64,000 bases of DNA from Macrostomum lignano (GCA_002269645.1 NIVC01001177.1:248001-312000), one strand, 5' to 3'. Shown: positions 1 through 12,989, counted from the first letter of the stretch. Numbers and translations: made by a program. The notes: generated from the letters alone by a model not told the origin.

Positions 1-788
1 AGCTTATATAGAATAAGCAATACCAAATACATTGATTGGTAAGCAAGAAGGATATCATTTTATTGATGACTTGCATAATAATACTTGGTCATAGATAACC
101 AAACTGATATAAGAAAAAATGGATATATTATTAGCCCAGATATCTTATTAGCTAACTGGCACTTTTTCTTAAACATAGCCAATTTTTTAACCAACAAGAA
201 CTATACCACAGTTTGGATTGTGTATTTGTGTATGCTAGGTTTAATGCTGAAAAAATGATAAGACCTTGTTTATACACCGGGTTTGTGCACCAATGCAAAA
301 AATTTACTATTGATACAATGTATCTACTATATCATGTACACTGGGATATACCCTGATTTATGCTGAAAAATGGTAAGTAACCTTGTTGTATGCCAAGAAA
401 TCCCAATATACATGTTGCCTTCTAAACTATGGGAGCTACAAATATTTAGTGGCTAAAGAAAATGATCTTAAATTACGATAGGATTTTTAGCCTATCCTAT
501 TTAATTTAAATGTTGATATACACATAGTTCTTGATAATGAGTTCTTGATAACATAAAAACTTGTTTTTTTAGTTTAAAGCTTTGTCAATATTAGTTTACT
601 AATATCAAAAAGCATAGCAAATAATTATAATACTTTTTGGTAGGGTCTATCTTATTCTTATATTTTAGGTTACTAACTTACATAGTTTAAATTCTAATCT
701 AAAAGGAATACAAAAAAATAATAGTACCTCAATAGCATGAAAAAATTTAATGCTATTCAGCATGGTTAAAAATTAATATATCTAAATA

Positions 789-1352
789 CTATAGTCCATT
801 TCATTACAGTTACGCTGGAAATCTCCAGCATAATTCTAGACAAAAATTAGCCTTAGCGTAAATGCTTGGCATAAAAATTAATAGAAAATTAGATTGGCAT
901 AAATGGCTGGCATAAAAACAATTATAGATGATCTTTCGGCATGTTTCCCTGAAAGGAAATAAACATTGACTGTGGTTGATTGTGGTCATTAATGACCATA
1001 GCTTATTTTAAGTATTTGGATACAATGGAGAATTTAAATAACTATATTTTTAAGTATTTGCAAAAAGTAAAACAAAGTTTAAAGTAAAAAATCTTGCTAT
1101 AATGCAAAAACTACATTATTATCTTTTTAATACTTATATGTTTATAAAGTTTTAATTATAATATACAAATGGAAACAAATATTTTTTAAATGAAAAATGT
1201 TTGTACAAATGGGCACCCCACACTCCCCCCCCCCCCCTGTTCTAAGCATTATGCCTATCATGCGGTGCATAAGCCTGGCGTAAGTCTGACATAAATGATG
1301 AAATTTCATCATTTTTCCTCTGGCGTAACTCCAAGCATGAAATGGACTATGG
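789..1352. mobile_element. Non-autonomous DNA transposon (MITE) with imperfect TIRs and 8-bp TSD
   Basis: ATAGTCCATTTCAT (791-804) is the reverse complement of 1337-1350, and similarity continues inward (AGTTACGC). Identical TCTAAATA flanks both ends (781-788, 1353-1360). No ORF inside. Confidence 0.75.
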
Positions 1353-2050
1353 TCTAAATATACTATAAAAATAATAAGATTGCTTAGTTAGCTAACCTTT
1401 ATTGTTTGTTGCTTGAATCTACTAGCAAGTTGCTTGAATCATTTCAATCTAAATAACTTCATGTTATATAAAATACCGCTACATAGACTTACATAAAAAG
1501 AAAAAAATTAAATTACTTTGTATTATATTGACATTTAATGAAATCCTTACAAGTATTATTCAGAAATGTACATATCAAACCATAAATAATATAGCAACAG
1601 CAAGCTATATTACTCATATTGAGCTGAGCTATACATACCTCGTTAGAGCCCATTGACATTGTACTTCAAGGATAAGTGACGAGAAAAATGATGGTTACGA
1701 CACTGACTTACTGACTTATTGCCTCGCGATCTCCAAGTCTGAAGTCTCGAAATTTTGAAGTCGCGCGCTTCATTGAATTATCATTAACGAGAATTCAAAC
1801 AAACGAGAAAAACCATTTGAATGTTTGAATGTTTGAATGTTTGAAAAACGATTGAATGTTTGTATCATAAGTTACAACTTTAAATTTAAAAAGCCTACAT
1901 ATTATAGTATTAGGATAGCAGAAAAACATATTCTTCTTTGTATCTGTTTATATCAGCGTTAACCTAGAACAATTTGTTCTGTTGTTGAATTAACGAACGC
2001 AGAAACAAGATAGATAATTATCCGGTCGCTCGGTGGCACCAAAAGAAGGG

Positions 2051-2171
2051 ATTGGCCAATAGGAGGGCGGCTCGTATATTTATGCACGCGGGGAAGGAAA
2101 GTTCTAGAAAGACCGGGGAAGGAAACTTCTGGAACTATGCGTAAACAAGTCCGCGGTGGAAGTTTCTAGAA
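2051..2171. promoter_or_regulatory. Pol II promoter-like cluster: three canonical heat-shock elements, CCAAT palindrome, GC box, TATA-like motif
   Basis: GAAnnTTCnnGAA at 2097-2109, 2122-2134 and 2159-2171; ATTGGCCAAT at 2051-2060; GGGCGG at 2065-2070; ATAAATATA on the minus strand at about 2075-2083. Confidence 0.65.
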
Positions 2172-3574
2172 ACGCTGTCCCCGAACTACGAACTACCCCT
2201 ACGCATCGCATGCCTTTGCAATACACAACACAATTTACTCTCCTTGCTTGCAAGTATCTCATGTTATAGAAATCGGAATAAATAGAACATTTGGAGTTAT
2301 TTCATATAGTTTTTTTACTGCTGCATGGTTCGAAGAAAGAACTGGTTTCAATCAATTTTTCATTGTAAAAATTACATTTTCAAAATGGTTCCAGAACCAG
2401 TTTTCGTGGTTACAGCTATAAGCAATTTAACATTAAAATAATTATTTTTTTTAATTTTCTGGTTGAAAAATAGCAATTGCATTCACAAATGCAAATTTGT
2501 GTATTCTGTTTCTGGAATATATCCTGGAAAAATGAAGTGTACCGCGCACTTCAACTCAACTACAGCAGATTTGACTAATTTGTAATTGAATATTGGAAGT
2601 CCAGGAGTCCTGTATCTACACAAACACCAATCATTCTAATTTTGAATGTGTAGGTCATGAGAATATACTGACTTTTCGACTTTTAGGAGTCTTATTAATT
2701 TATTCGCGTACGCAGTCACGTACCCCAACAGCTTTAGCAATAGGCTTTAACTTAAGAGCTGTTACCACGCGGTAATGTATATAGGGACGTTATATTTCAT
2801 ATTTAACATACATAGTTGAAGCTAAGAGGGGCTGACACTAATCAATTCAGCGCTGGGATCGGCACTTTGGAGTAAGCTACTAGGTAACTTTTATCCCATC
2901 GTAGCTGTAAAGAATGTACATGGACAGGGCGTGTAACATATATTTTTTAATTCAAATAGATGGCAACTCTTATCGCAAAGATCCGATTCTCAATACCTCT
3001 TCTCTTCCTCTCTCTCTTCCTTTGCTTCCTAACTGAAATTCAGATGCCGATAATCTTAAGTGTACACAGCTAGTTGAGGTGATTATCCCATACGCGACCT
3101 TCAAGATCCTTCCCTCTCTCTTCATTTACGTAAATATGGCATCAATATTGAAAAAATTCGAGGGTTACTTCAAACCCGAATATTTCATCTGCAAACTGCA
3201 GTGTTTCTTATCTAATGTAGCTGCCGATAGGGGGAGGGGGTCGCACCCTGTGACCTCAATTAATCCAGGGAAATATAAGAGAATATACCTTTTAGTTTAT
3301 AAAGCTTATCATCTTTATTTGCATTCCGTTATGCTCCCCCTCTCTTTTACGCGGATGGGATCATTGGCAAAGGTTTTTAGAATTGAGTGGTTGCTACATT
3401 CGTTTAATTTTAATAAAATAGCGCATCTCGCAGGTGCTAAGATATTAATTCCCTAATTTATATCCTATCTACTTTAGCAGAAATTCTTTCGTATTACATG
3501 AACCTAATTAGCTCGTAGATAGATACACATTTAGCTAGGGATTTTGGTGCAGCAGATTATCTCTGACCACCTCA

Positions 3575-5650
3575 TTTCTTTTACTGACACCTGATTTCTA
3601 ACTTCTTTCACTGACACCTCCCTTCTTTCACTGACACATCACTTCTTTCACTGACACATCACTTCTTTCACTGACACCCCTTCTTTTACTGACACATCAC
3701 TTCTTTAATTGACACGTCCCTTCTTTCCCTGACACATCACTTCTTTCACTGACACATCACTTCTTTCACTGACACATCACTTCTTTCACTGACACCTCCC
3801 TTCTTTTACTGACACATCACTTCTTTAACTGACAGCTCCCTTCTTTCCCTGACACATCACTTCTTTCACTGACACCTCCATTCTTTCACTGTCACATCAC
3901 TTCTTTCACTGACACATCACTTCTTTCACTGACACCTCCCTTCTTTCACTGACACATCACTTCTTTAATTGACACCTCCCTTCTTTCACTGACACATCAC
4001 TTCTTTCACTGACACATCACTTCTTTCACTGACACATCACTTCTTTCACAGACACCTCCCTTCTTTTACTGACACCTCCCTTCTTTAATTGACACGTCCC
4101 TTCTTTCACTGACACATCACTTCTTTTACTGACACCTCCCTTCTTTCACTGACACATCACTTCTTTCACTGACACCTCCCTTCTTTTACTGACACATCAC
4201 TTCTTTAATTGACACGTCCCTTCTTTCACTGACACATCACTTCTTTTACTGACACCTCCATTCTTTCACTGACACATCACTTCTTTTACTGACACCTCCC
4301 TTCTTTCACTGACATATCACTTCTTTAATTGACAGCTCCCTTCTTTCCCTGACACATCACTTCTTTCACTGACACCTCCATTCTTTCACTGTCACATCAC
4401 TTCTTTCACTGACACCTCCATTCTTTCACTGTCACATCACTTCTTTCACTGACACCTCCATTCTTTCACTGTCACATCACTTCTTTCACTGTCACATCAC
4501 TTCTTTCACTGACACCTCCATTCTTTCACTGTCACATCACTTCTTTAACTGACACCTCCCTTCTTTCACTGACACATCACTTCTTTTACTGACACCTCCC
4601 TTCTTTCACTGACACATCACTTCTTTTACTGACACCTCCCTTCTTTCACTGACATATCACTTCTTTAATTGACACCTCCCTTCTTTCACTGACACCTCCC
4701 TTCTTTCACTGACACATCACTTCTTTCACTGACACATCACTTCTTTCACTGACACCCCTTCTTTTACTGACACATCACTTCTTTAATTGACACGTCCCTT
4801 CTTTCCCTGACACATCACTTCTTTCACTGACACATCACTTCTTTTACTGACACCTCCCTTCTTTCACTGACACATCACTTCTTTTACTGACACCTCCCTT
4901 CTTTCACTGACATATCACTTCTTTAATTGACAGCTCCCTTCTTTCCCTGACACATCACTTCTTTCACTGACACCTCCATTCTTTCACTGTCACATCACTT
5001 CTTTCACTGACACCTCCATTCTTTCACTGTCACATCACTTCTTTCACTGACACCTCCATTCTTTCACTGTCACATCACTTCTTTCACTGACACCTCCATT
5101 CTTTCACTGTCACATCACTTCTTTTACTGACACCTCCCTTCTTTCACTGACACATCACTTCTTTTACTGACACCTCCCTTCTTTCACTGACACATCACTT
5201 CTTTTACTGACACCTCCCTTCTTTCACTGACACATCACTTCTTTCACTGACACATCACTTCTTTCACTGACACCTCCCTTCTTTCACTGACACATCACTT
5301 CTTTAATTGATACCTCCCTTCTTTCACTGACACATCACTTCTTTCACTGACACCTCCCTTTTTTTACTGACACATCACTTCTTTCACTGACACCTCCCTT
5401 CTTTTACTGACACATCACTTCTTTAATTGACACGTCCCTTCTTTCACTGACACATCACTTCTTTTACTGACACCTCCCTTCTTTCCCTGACACATCACTT
5501 CTTTCACTGACACTTCCCTTCTTTCACTAACACAATACTTCTTACACTGACACTTCCCTTCGTTCACTGACACCTCTGTTCGTTCACTGACACCTCTTTT
5601 CGTTCACTGACGCCTCCTTTCTTTCACTGACACCTCCCTTCACTGACACA
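3575..5650. repeat. 20-bp minisatellite (TTCTTTCACTGACACATCAC / ...CCTCCC variants)
   Basis: About 100 tandem units read directly, degenerating at the 3' end. Confidence 0.97.
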
Positions 5651-6589
5651 GAAAAAAAGAACAGGACAATTGTTAATTAAGTCGTAACGGCAACATCAAG
5701 AATATTTTCAACACAATTTCTACTGCATTCGGACTTCCTTAAAAATAGAAAACTTGTATTCAGACATTGCTACTCCATCAGGACACACGGCGGCTACAGA
5801 AAATCTGTATAAAGTTTCTTTTACTAAACTAGACAATTTCCACACGAAAAGTGCGACTTGCACAAAAATATAAACAAAATAAAATTAAAAAATTGATTTT
5901 AAAAAACCCGGAAAAAGGGGTTTTGATACATTGATAGTAAAATCACGTTTCTACCAGTAACTATGCGATGCAAATTTAAAATGAGTTTCGTAAGCTAGTG
6001 CCCATGAGTTCATCATTATTAGTACGGCAGAGAAGTTCACGGAAAAGATCTTAAACACTGTTATAAAATCCACCTTGAAAAGCTGGCGCACAACACAGTT
6101 TCTATGCAGGATGCAGATCGACTGGGACAGTCAATATCTTCGACAAAAATGAAACGAGAAAACGGCAATCAACACACTCGTAACACAGAAAGCGTTTCAA
6201 AAAATAAACAAAACAACAGAGCATCTGCATGGTTGATAAAAAACCAACAAAACGACTTTATGAAGCGCAACGACGCAGTGCGATAGTTTTGTAAAAAAAA
6301 TTTTACATTTTTTTCAGGTGAGGCGCGACTCAACTGATGTCAAATTCACAATAACAATGAGAAACTAAAATATACACTGTTAGGCATTGCTTCTTACGCG
6401 ATATTATAGCTTCATCAATCGCACAAAAGGTATTTATTTGCGTGAAATTCTTACAATCTGATTTTTTTATTACAAGTTTCAAGAGTCAAACACTTAAGAG
6501 ACACTCAAACATTTAAAAACCAAAGATTAATACTAAATTGGTTAACTAATCACTGAAAATTAGTCTTTTGGGATTGAGTAGATGCAAAG

Positions 6590-6662
6590 TGCGTCAGCTC
6601 AGCGGTAAGCGCGTCTGACTCTGGCAACACGACCCCTTGGTTCGAATCCGTTTGCGGCCACG
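6590..6662 (+). mobile_element. tRNA-derived sequence (SINE head or tRNA pseudogene)
   Basis: A-box-like CAGCTCAGCGG (6595-6605) and B-box GGTTCGAATCC (6639-6649). Anticodon and acceptor stems do not pair. Confidence 0.6.
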
Positions 6663-6715
6663 TTCATTTGAGGCTTGCGTGCACGAAAATTTGCCGAGGG
6701 AGTGTCGTGCGATTC

Positions 6716-7130
6716 ACAGCCAGAGATGACAGGCGGAAATGGGGTGGGTTATTTCATTCAACCAATCAGCGCTAATTACAGGCCAGAGATAACAGGCGGA
6801 GGTTGGGTGGGTGGTTTCATCCAACCAATCGGTGCTAATTACAGGCCAAGAGATGACAGGCGGAGGTGGGGTGGGTGATTTCATCCAACCAATCGGTGCT
6901 AATTACAGGCCAAGAGATGACAGGCGGAGGTGGGGTGGGTGATTTTATCCAACCAATCGGTGCTAATTACAGGCCAAGAGATGACAGGCGGAGGTGGGGT
7001 GGGTGATTTCATCCAACCAATCGGTGCTAATTACAGGCCAAGAGATGACAGGCGGAGGTGGGGTGGGTGATTTTATCCAACCAATCGGTGCTAATTACAG
7101 GCCAAGAGATGACAGGCGGAGGTGGGGTAG
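6716..7130. repeat. 64-bp tandem repeat with CCAAT motif and G-rich tract
   Basis: AGATGACAGG recurs at 6851, 6915 and 6979; about 6.5 copies. Confidence 0.95.
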
Positions 7131-7264
7131 TTGTCGCTAGTCAGCCAATCATAAATCACGCTCGTGGAGGTTCCGCTCATCGTTATTTTTCATTTTCAGT
7201 CCGTCTGGCAACACAAAAACACGAGGGAAAACACAAAAGAGACTGGAATTGAAGTTGCAGATTC

Positions 7265-8181
7265 TCAATCGTCCCCAACGCATTCCAAAAGCGCCACAGC
7301 TGCCTGAGCGGCCTCATCAACGTCGGAGTTTAGCGGGCCTCTGTACCTTGGCGTCATCGGTGTAGACCGGCCGCCACCGGCGGTCGCCGACATAGCCACC
7401 AACCCGCCAGTAGTCGCAGCCGCCGCTGCCGTTGTCGACTGCCAGCCTCGGTTAATCCGGAAGAACAACCTGGCTCGCCTACGAAACGGCGTGTAGCAGG
7501 CGAAATAGATGAAAAAATTGCTCAGCGAGTCGATATTGGCCGGCAGGTAGCTCAGGTACATCAGGTTGAGAATCATCGTTTGAGAATTGGGTATATGGCA
7601 GGTGAAAGCGTAAGCGATGGTTGTCATGGTGAAGTACGGCACCTCAAAGATGAGAAAAGTGGCCAGCAGAGTAAATATTGTTCTTGTCACGGTTCGTTTC
7701 CGACGTAGCAGCGACTGGGTGACCCGGCGATAATGTAGAACTTGGTTGCGCGGCTGAGCTCGCTGGTGGTGGTGGCAGGCGATCTGCAACAACTGCTGCT
7801 GCTGCTGCTGATGCTCGCGTTGTGAGCTGCACCCGCTGCTGCCGCTGGCACTCCCGTTGGCGCTGACTGAGCCAACATTGCTGCTGGGCAGCAGCTGCTG
7901 CGGCATCCGGCCACTGTTCAGAATGGTCATCAGGCCGAAGCCGAGAATGAGAGCGAACGGCACGAGGTTGATCACAGCGCTGTAGACGATGTGGTAGCGC
8001 AGCCCGGCGCAGATGGTGTCAAGAAAATGTATAGGCAGAATCGACAGGCCGGCAATGAGGGAGATGCCAATCAGTATCAGTAGGAATGCGTTGCGACCGT
8101 AGATGTTTAGCCGAGGTCGGAGCGGTTTCGTAACGACGTCCCAACGGGCGACGGCAATCAGGGCGACCCAGAAGTTTCGAG
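7265..8181 (-). CDS. Rhodopsin-class (class A) GPCR, exon 2 (end of TM3 to TM7 and C-tail), peptide-receptor-like orphan
   Basis: Acceptor ...CAACCCAG| at 8182. RNFWVALIAVARW (ARW at the DRY position), TM6 IFEVPY, TM7 DSLSNFFIY, helix-8 PFRRR, stop TGA at 7265. Confidence 0.88.
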
Positions 8182-8199
8182 CTGGGTTGATGGAAAATA

Positions 8200-10050
8200 T
8201 TGGCATGGTTGCTATGAGATTGGCATGGTTGCTATGAGATTGGCATGGTTGCTATGAGATTGGCGTGGTTGCTAATGAGATTGGCATGGTTGCTAGTGAG
8301 ATTGGCATGGTTGCTATGAGATTGGCATGGTTGCTAGTGAGATTGGCATGGTTGCTATGAGATTGGCATGGTTGCTATGAGATTGGCATGGTTGATATGA
8401 GATTGGCATGGTTGCTATGAGATTGGCATGGTTGCTATGAGATTGGCATGGTTTCTATGATATTGGCATGGTTGCTATGAGATTGGCATGGTTTCTATGA
8501 GATTGGCATGGTTGCTAGTGAGATTGGCATGGTTGCTATGAGATTGGCATGGTTGCTATGAGATTGGCATGGTTGATATGAGATTGGCATGGTTGCTATG
8601 AGATTGGCATGGTTGCTATGAGATTGGCATGGTTTCTATGATATTGGCATGGTTGCTATGAGATTAGCATGTTTTCTATGAGATTGGCATGGTTGCTATG
8701 AGATTAGCATGTTTTCTATGAGATTGGCATAGTTGCTATGAGATTAGCATGATTGCTAGTGAGTTTGGCATGGTTGCTATGAGATTGGCATGGTTGCTAT
8801 GAGATTGGCATAGTTGCTATGAGATTGGCATGGTTGCTATGAGTTTGGCATGGTTGCTATGAGATTGGCATGGTTGCTATGAGATTGGCATGGTTTCTAG
8901 TGAGATTGGCATGGTTGCTATGAGATTGGCATGGTTGCTATGAGATTGGCATGGTTGCTATGAGATTGGCATGGTTTCTAGTGAGATTGGCATGGTTGCT
9001 ATGAGATTGGCATGGTTGCTAGTGAGATTGGCATGGTTGCTATGAGATTGGCATGGTTGCTATGAGATTAGCATGGTTGCTATGAGATTGGCATGGTTTC
9101 TATGATATTGGCATGGTTGCTATGAGATTAGCATGTTTTCTATGAGATTGGCATAGTTGCTATGAGATTGGCATGGTTTCTAGTGAGATTGGCATGGTTG
9201 CTATGAGTTTGGCATGGTTGCTATGAGATTGGCATGGTTGCTATGAGATTGGCATGGTTTCTATGAGATTGGCATGGTTTCTAGTGAGATTGGCATGGTT
9301 GCTATGAGTTTGGCATTGTTGCTATGAGATTGGCATGGTTGCTATGAGATTGGCATGGTTGCTATGAGATTGGCATGGTTTCTAGTGAGATTGGCATGGT
9401 TTCTATGAGATTGGCATGGTTGCTATGAGATTGGCATGGTTGCTATGAGATTGGCATGGTTTCTAGTGAGATTGGCATGGTTGCTATGAGTTTGGCATTG
9501 TTGCTATGAGATTGGCATGGTTGCTATGAGATTGGCATGGTTGCTATGAGATTGGCATGGTTTCTATGATATTGGCATGGTTGCTATGAGATTAGCATGT
9601 TTTCTATGAGATTGGCATGGTTGCTATGAGATTAGCATGGTTGCTATGAGTTTGGCATGGTTGCTATGAGATTGGCATGGTTGCTATGAGATTGGCATGG
9701 TTGCTATGAGATTGGCATGGTTGATATGAGATTGACATGGTTGCTAGTGAGATTGGCATGGTTGCTATGAGATTGGCATGGTTGCTATGAGATTGGCATG
9801 GTTGCTATGAGATTGGCGTGGTTGCTATGAGATTGGCATGGTTGCTATGAGATTGGCATGGTTGCTATGAGATTAGCATGTTTGTTATGAGATTGGCATG
9901 GTTGCTATGAGATTGGCATGATTGCTAGTGAGATTGGCATGGTTGCTAGTGAGATTGGCATGGTTGCTAGTGAGATTGGCATGGTTGCTAGTGAGATTGG
10001 CATGGTTGCTAGTGAGATTGGCATGGTTGCTAGTGAGATTGGCATAGTTG
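8200..10050. repeat. 20-bp minisatellite (GGCATGGTTGCTATGAGATT) in the GPCR intron
   Basis: About 90 units, with 22-bp GCTAGTGAG variants interspersed. Confidence 0.97.
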
Positions 10051-10399
10051 CTTTATAAAGCTTTTCGTTTAGAATTGGGATTCTATATTAATTTTATTAT
10101 TCTTAGTTTAAAGACTGTGCAAAGTTGTGCTATTTTTATGATTTTTATGCACAGGACATGTACAATCCTAAACGAACCCTAATTTTCTAAACGAAAAGCT
10201 GAACAGCAAAAGAGCTATAAGAAAGGCAGAACATAGCTCGTGTCAAAAGATGAACACTGAGTCTGCCTCCTATCGAAAGAAGTAACAATTTTTTTGCTGA
10301 AAAAAATGAAACCCTCCCATCTTTGCAATGTATCTTTTCAGTAAAACTTGCCTCCTAAAATTTTCTTGCACTTTAAGCGACATTGTCACACAACCGGAG

Positions 10400-10690
10400 C
10401 GGCATTACTTCCCATTCCGCCGACTCCCCTGAGCAGGCACACAAGTGCAAGGATACGTACGCAGTCATACGCACAGGCACTGCACACTCACACAGGAGTG
10501 TACAGCGGCCCTAACTTTATTTATCGTTAGGCATGTACACTTCACTGTGCCTTGAGGGGTTGGCCTTCAAGCTGGGCGTTAATAAATGGCCAAGCCGAGA
10601 TTCCAATTTAGTCCCAAATTAAAAGTCCCAAACTTGGAATCGAGCCTGGGCCACTAGACCACTAGACCAGAAGGCTGCGCCGTAATATCA
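10400..10690 (-). mobile_element. Degenerate SINE-like dispersed repeat with conserved hairpin (second partial copy at about 53097-53200)
   Basis: Minus strand has A-box-like TGGTCTAGTGG (10651-10661) and B-box-like GGCTCGATTCC (10636-10646). The body CACACAGG.GTGTACAGCGGCCC...GGCATGTACAC..CTGTG.CCTTG.GGGGTTGGCC is shared with 53097-53180. Confidence 0.6.
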
Positions 10691-11269
10691 ATTTTAAAAG
10701 TCTCTTAATAATAGTAAGAGTAGAAATCATGGTGACAGATTTAAGCCACAGCTTTTTAACTGAATAGAAAAAATTCAGATAAACAAAGAAAAACTCAAAC
10801 GACATGCAGAGTTACGGATTTTTCCCGAAGAAATAAGCTGATATTGTCAATTTCAAGTCGATCTGCCCAGCAATATTTTGCAATTACCGGATTTAGCGAC
10901 CGGATCGGCAAGAAATTGAAATTTTAAACCTGCGCCACCCCAACTGCCCCCCGTTCAATTAAAGTTTCCAGTTCAAGGCATCGAGGGCAATTCGCCCACG
11001 TTTGCTTTACCCAGGAGAAAATAAATTCGTTGGCAACTTGATCTTGAATGCTGGTACAATACAATATCTTAGATTTTCCATTCCCTGTTTTTCACTCAGT
11101 TGCATGTTGATGAAGAGGCGGAGACTTAGAAGGCTTAGGAGACGGTAACTATGCGGGATAAGCCGTAAACAAAGTGAGTTGAACTCATCCAACACCCCTG
11201 GCTCCCCCTACCCTCAAGGTCCCCTTCCCTCATGGCATCCTTCTCCTCTTTCTTCTCATACGGCGCCTA

Positions 11270-12190
11270 CCAAACCCATCATCATTTATCTACTCATCAT
11301 CATTTATCTACTCATCATCATTTATCTACTCATCATCATTTATCTACTCATCATCATTTATCTACTCATCAATCACTTATCTTCCCATCATCATTTATCT
11401 TCCCATCATCATTTATCTACTCATCATCATTTATCTACTCATAATAATTTATCTACTCATTATCATTTATATCCTCATCATCATTTATCTACCCAGCATC
11501 ACCATCTACCCAACATCGCCTACCTACCCAACATGACCTACCTACCCAAAACACCTATCTACCCAACATCACCTATCTACCCAACATCACCTACCTACCC
11601 AACATGACCTACCTACCCAAAACACCTATCTACCCAACATCACCTACCTACCCAACATCACCTATCTACCCAAAATCACCTATCTACCCAACATCACCTA
11701 TCTACCCAACATCACCTACCTACCCAACATGACCTACCTACCCAAAACACCTATCTACCCAACATCACCTACCTACCCAACATCACCTATCTACCCAAAA
11801 TCACCTATCTACCCAACATCACCTATCTACCCAACATCACCTAACTATCCAACATCACCTACCTACCTAACATGACCTACCTACCCAAAACACCTATCTA
11901 CCCAGCACCACCTATCTACCCAACATCACCTATCTACCCAAAATCACCTATCTACCCAACATCACCTATCTACCCAACATCACCTAACTATCCAACATCA
12001 CCTACCTACCTAACATGACCTACCTACCCAAAACACCTATCTACCCAGCACCACCTATCTACCCAACATCACCTATCCACCCAATCATTTATCTACCCAA
12101 AAACACCTATCTATAAAACACCACCTATCTACCCAAAACGTATTATATATCTAGATAACTCCACCTATCTACCCGATACCCCCTATCTAC
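11270..12190. repeat. Two adjacent ~18-bp minisatellites (ATCATCATTTATCTACTC, then ACCTATCTACCCAACATC)
   Basis: Tandem units seen directly; one grades into the other near 11500. Confidence 0.93.
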
Positions 12191-12237
12191 CCAACGGCGC
12201 CCCTCTCCCCCCAACAAAACTGTACTGAATGACTCAC

Positions 12238-12703
12238 CAGCAATGGACACAATCCGAGCATCGCTGCAGAGCTCCAGGATCTTAGCGCTGATGGTTGTGG
12301 CCGCCAATTCTACTCCAAACATACTTTTAAAGGCGGCAGTCAGAGCCCCCGCGGCTGCAGGCGAGCTACAGAAGATGGTCTTCATCGAGATGGTGCACAC
12401 ACTGTACATAGCTGAGGCCACCTGCAGAACGCATTCAACAGCGGACAGGTAGTACAGCATGATCCTCATTCTAGACTGAATTTCGCGCTTGCCTCGCAGA
12501 ATCAGCACAGCTAGCAGATTAGTGAGAAATGCGGCCACATTGATGCACAAATCCACACTGAGGATCCGGATTACTGACGAGAATGACTCCACACAGAGAA
12601 AACTCTGATGCCACTGGATTTCACTGAAGTCCTGACTGTCGTCCTCTGTAACGTTTGGCGCAGCTGAGGTGTACGGAGGGGTTGTCGGTATGATATCAGC
12701 CAT
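12238..12703 (-). CDS. Rhodopsin-class GPCR, exon 1 (N-terminus, TM1 to TM3)
   Basis: ATG at 12703 (MADIIPTT...), hydrophobic TM1 LCINVAAFLTNLLAVLIL, TM2, Cys before TM3. Donor G|GTGAGT at 12237. The phase-1 join gives ...VSIA-A-RNFW...; spliced CDS is 1383 nt (460 aa). Start codon is not certain. Confidence 0.82.
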
Positions 12704-12989
12704 CGCTCCGACTGATGGATTGGTTTTATTGCCGCTCTGAGGTTTGACAGGAGAGTCTGCTACATTAAGCAATAGCTCTGCTTTTAGTAGGAAATTCAGC
12801 TGCTGCGCAAAATTGAAATATTAATCCTCGCGGGTTCCTATTGGCTCTCAGGGCTGCTGGCCTATTGATTTAGCGGCACTCTATGATCCTTCTCATCGTT
12901 GAGTCTACCTCTCATTTTTTTCCTATCTAGTTCTCATTTCTTATCTCTACTCTATTTTTAATGACAATATCACTCTCACATTTAACTTT

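Noticed and set aside
200-380. Cys-containing reading (CTLGYTLIYAEK) ending at a GTAAGT donor on the + strand
   Set aside because: Flanking frames contain stops and no acceptor or partner exon could be established.
2593-3456. Short ORFs at 2593 and 3079 and the surrounding possibly TE-derived sequence
   Set aside because: No recognisable motifs on either strand. The same applies to the AT-rich ORFs at 45688-46684.
6590-6662. Functional tRNA gene
   Set aside because: A and B boxes are present but the acceptor and anticodon stems do not pair; tRNAscan-SE would settle it.
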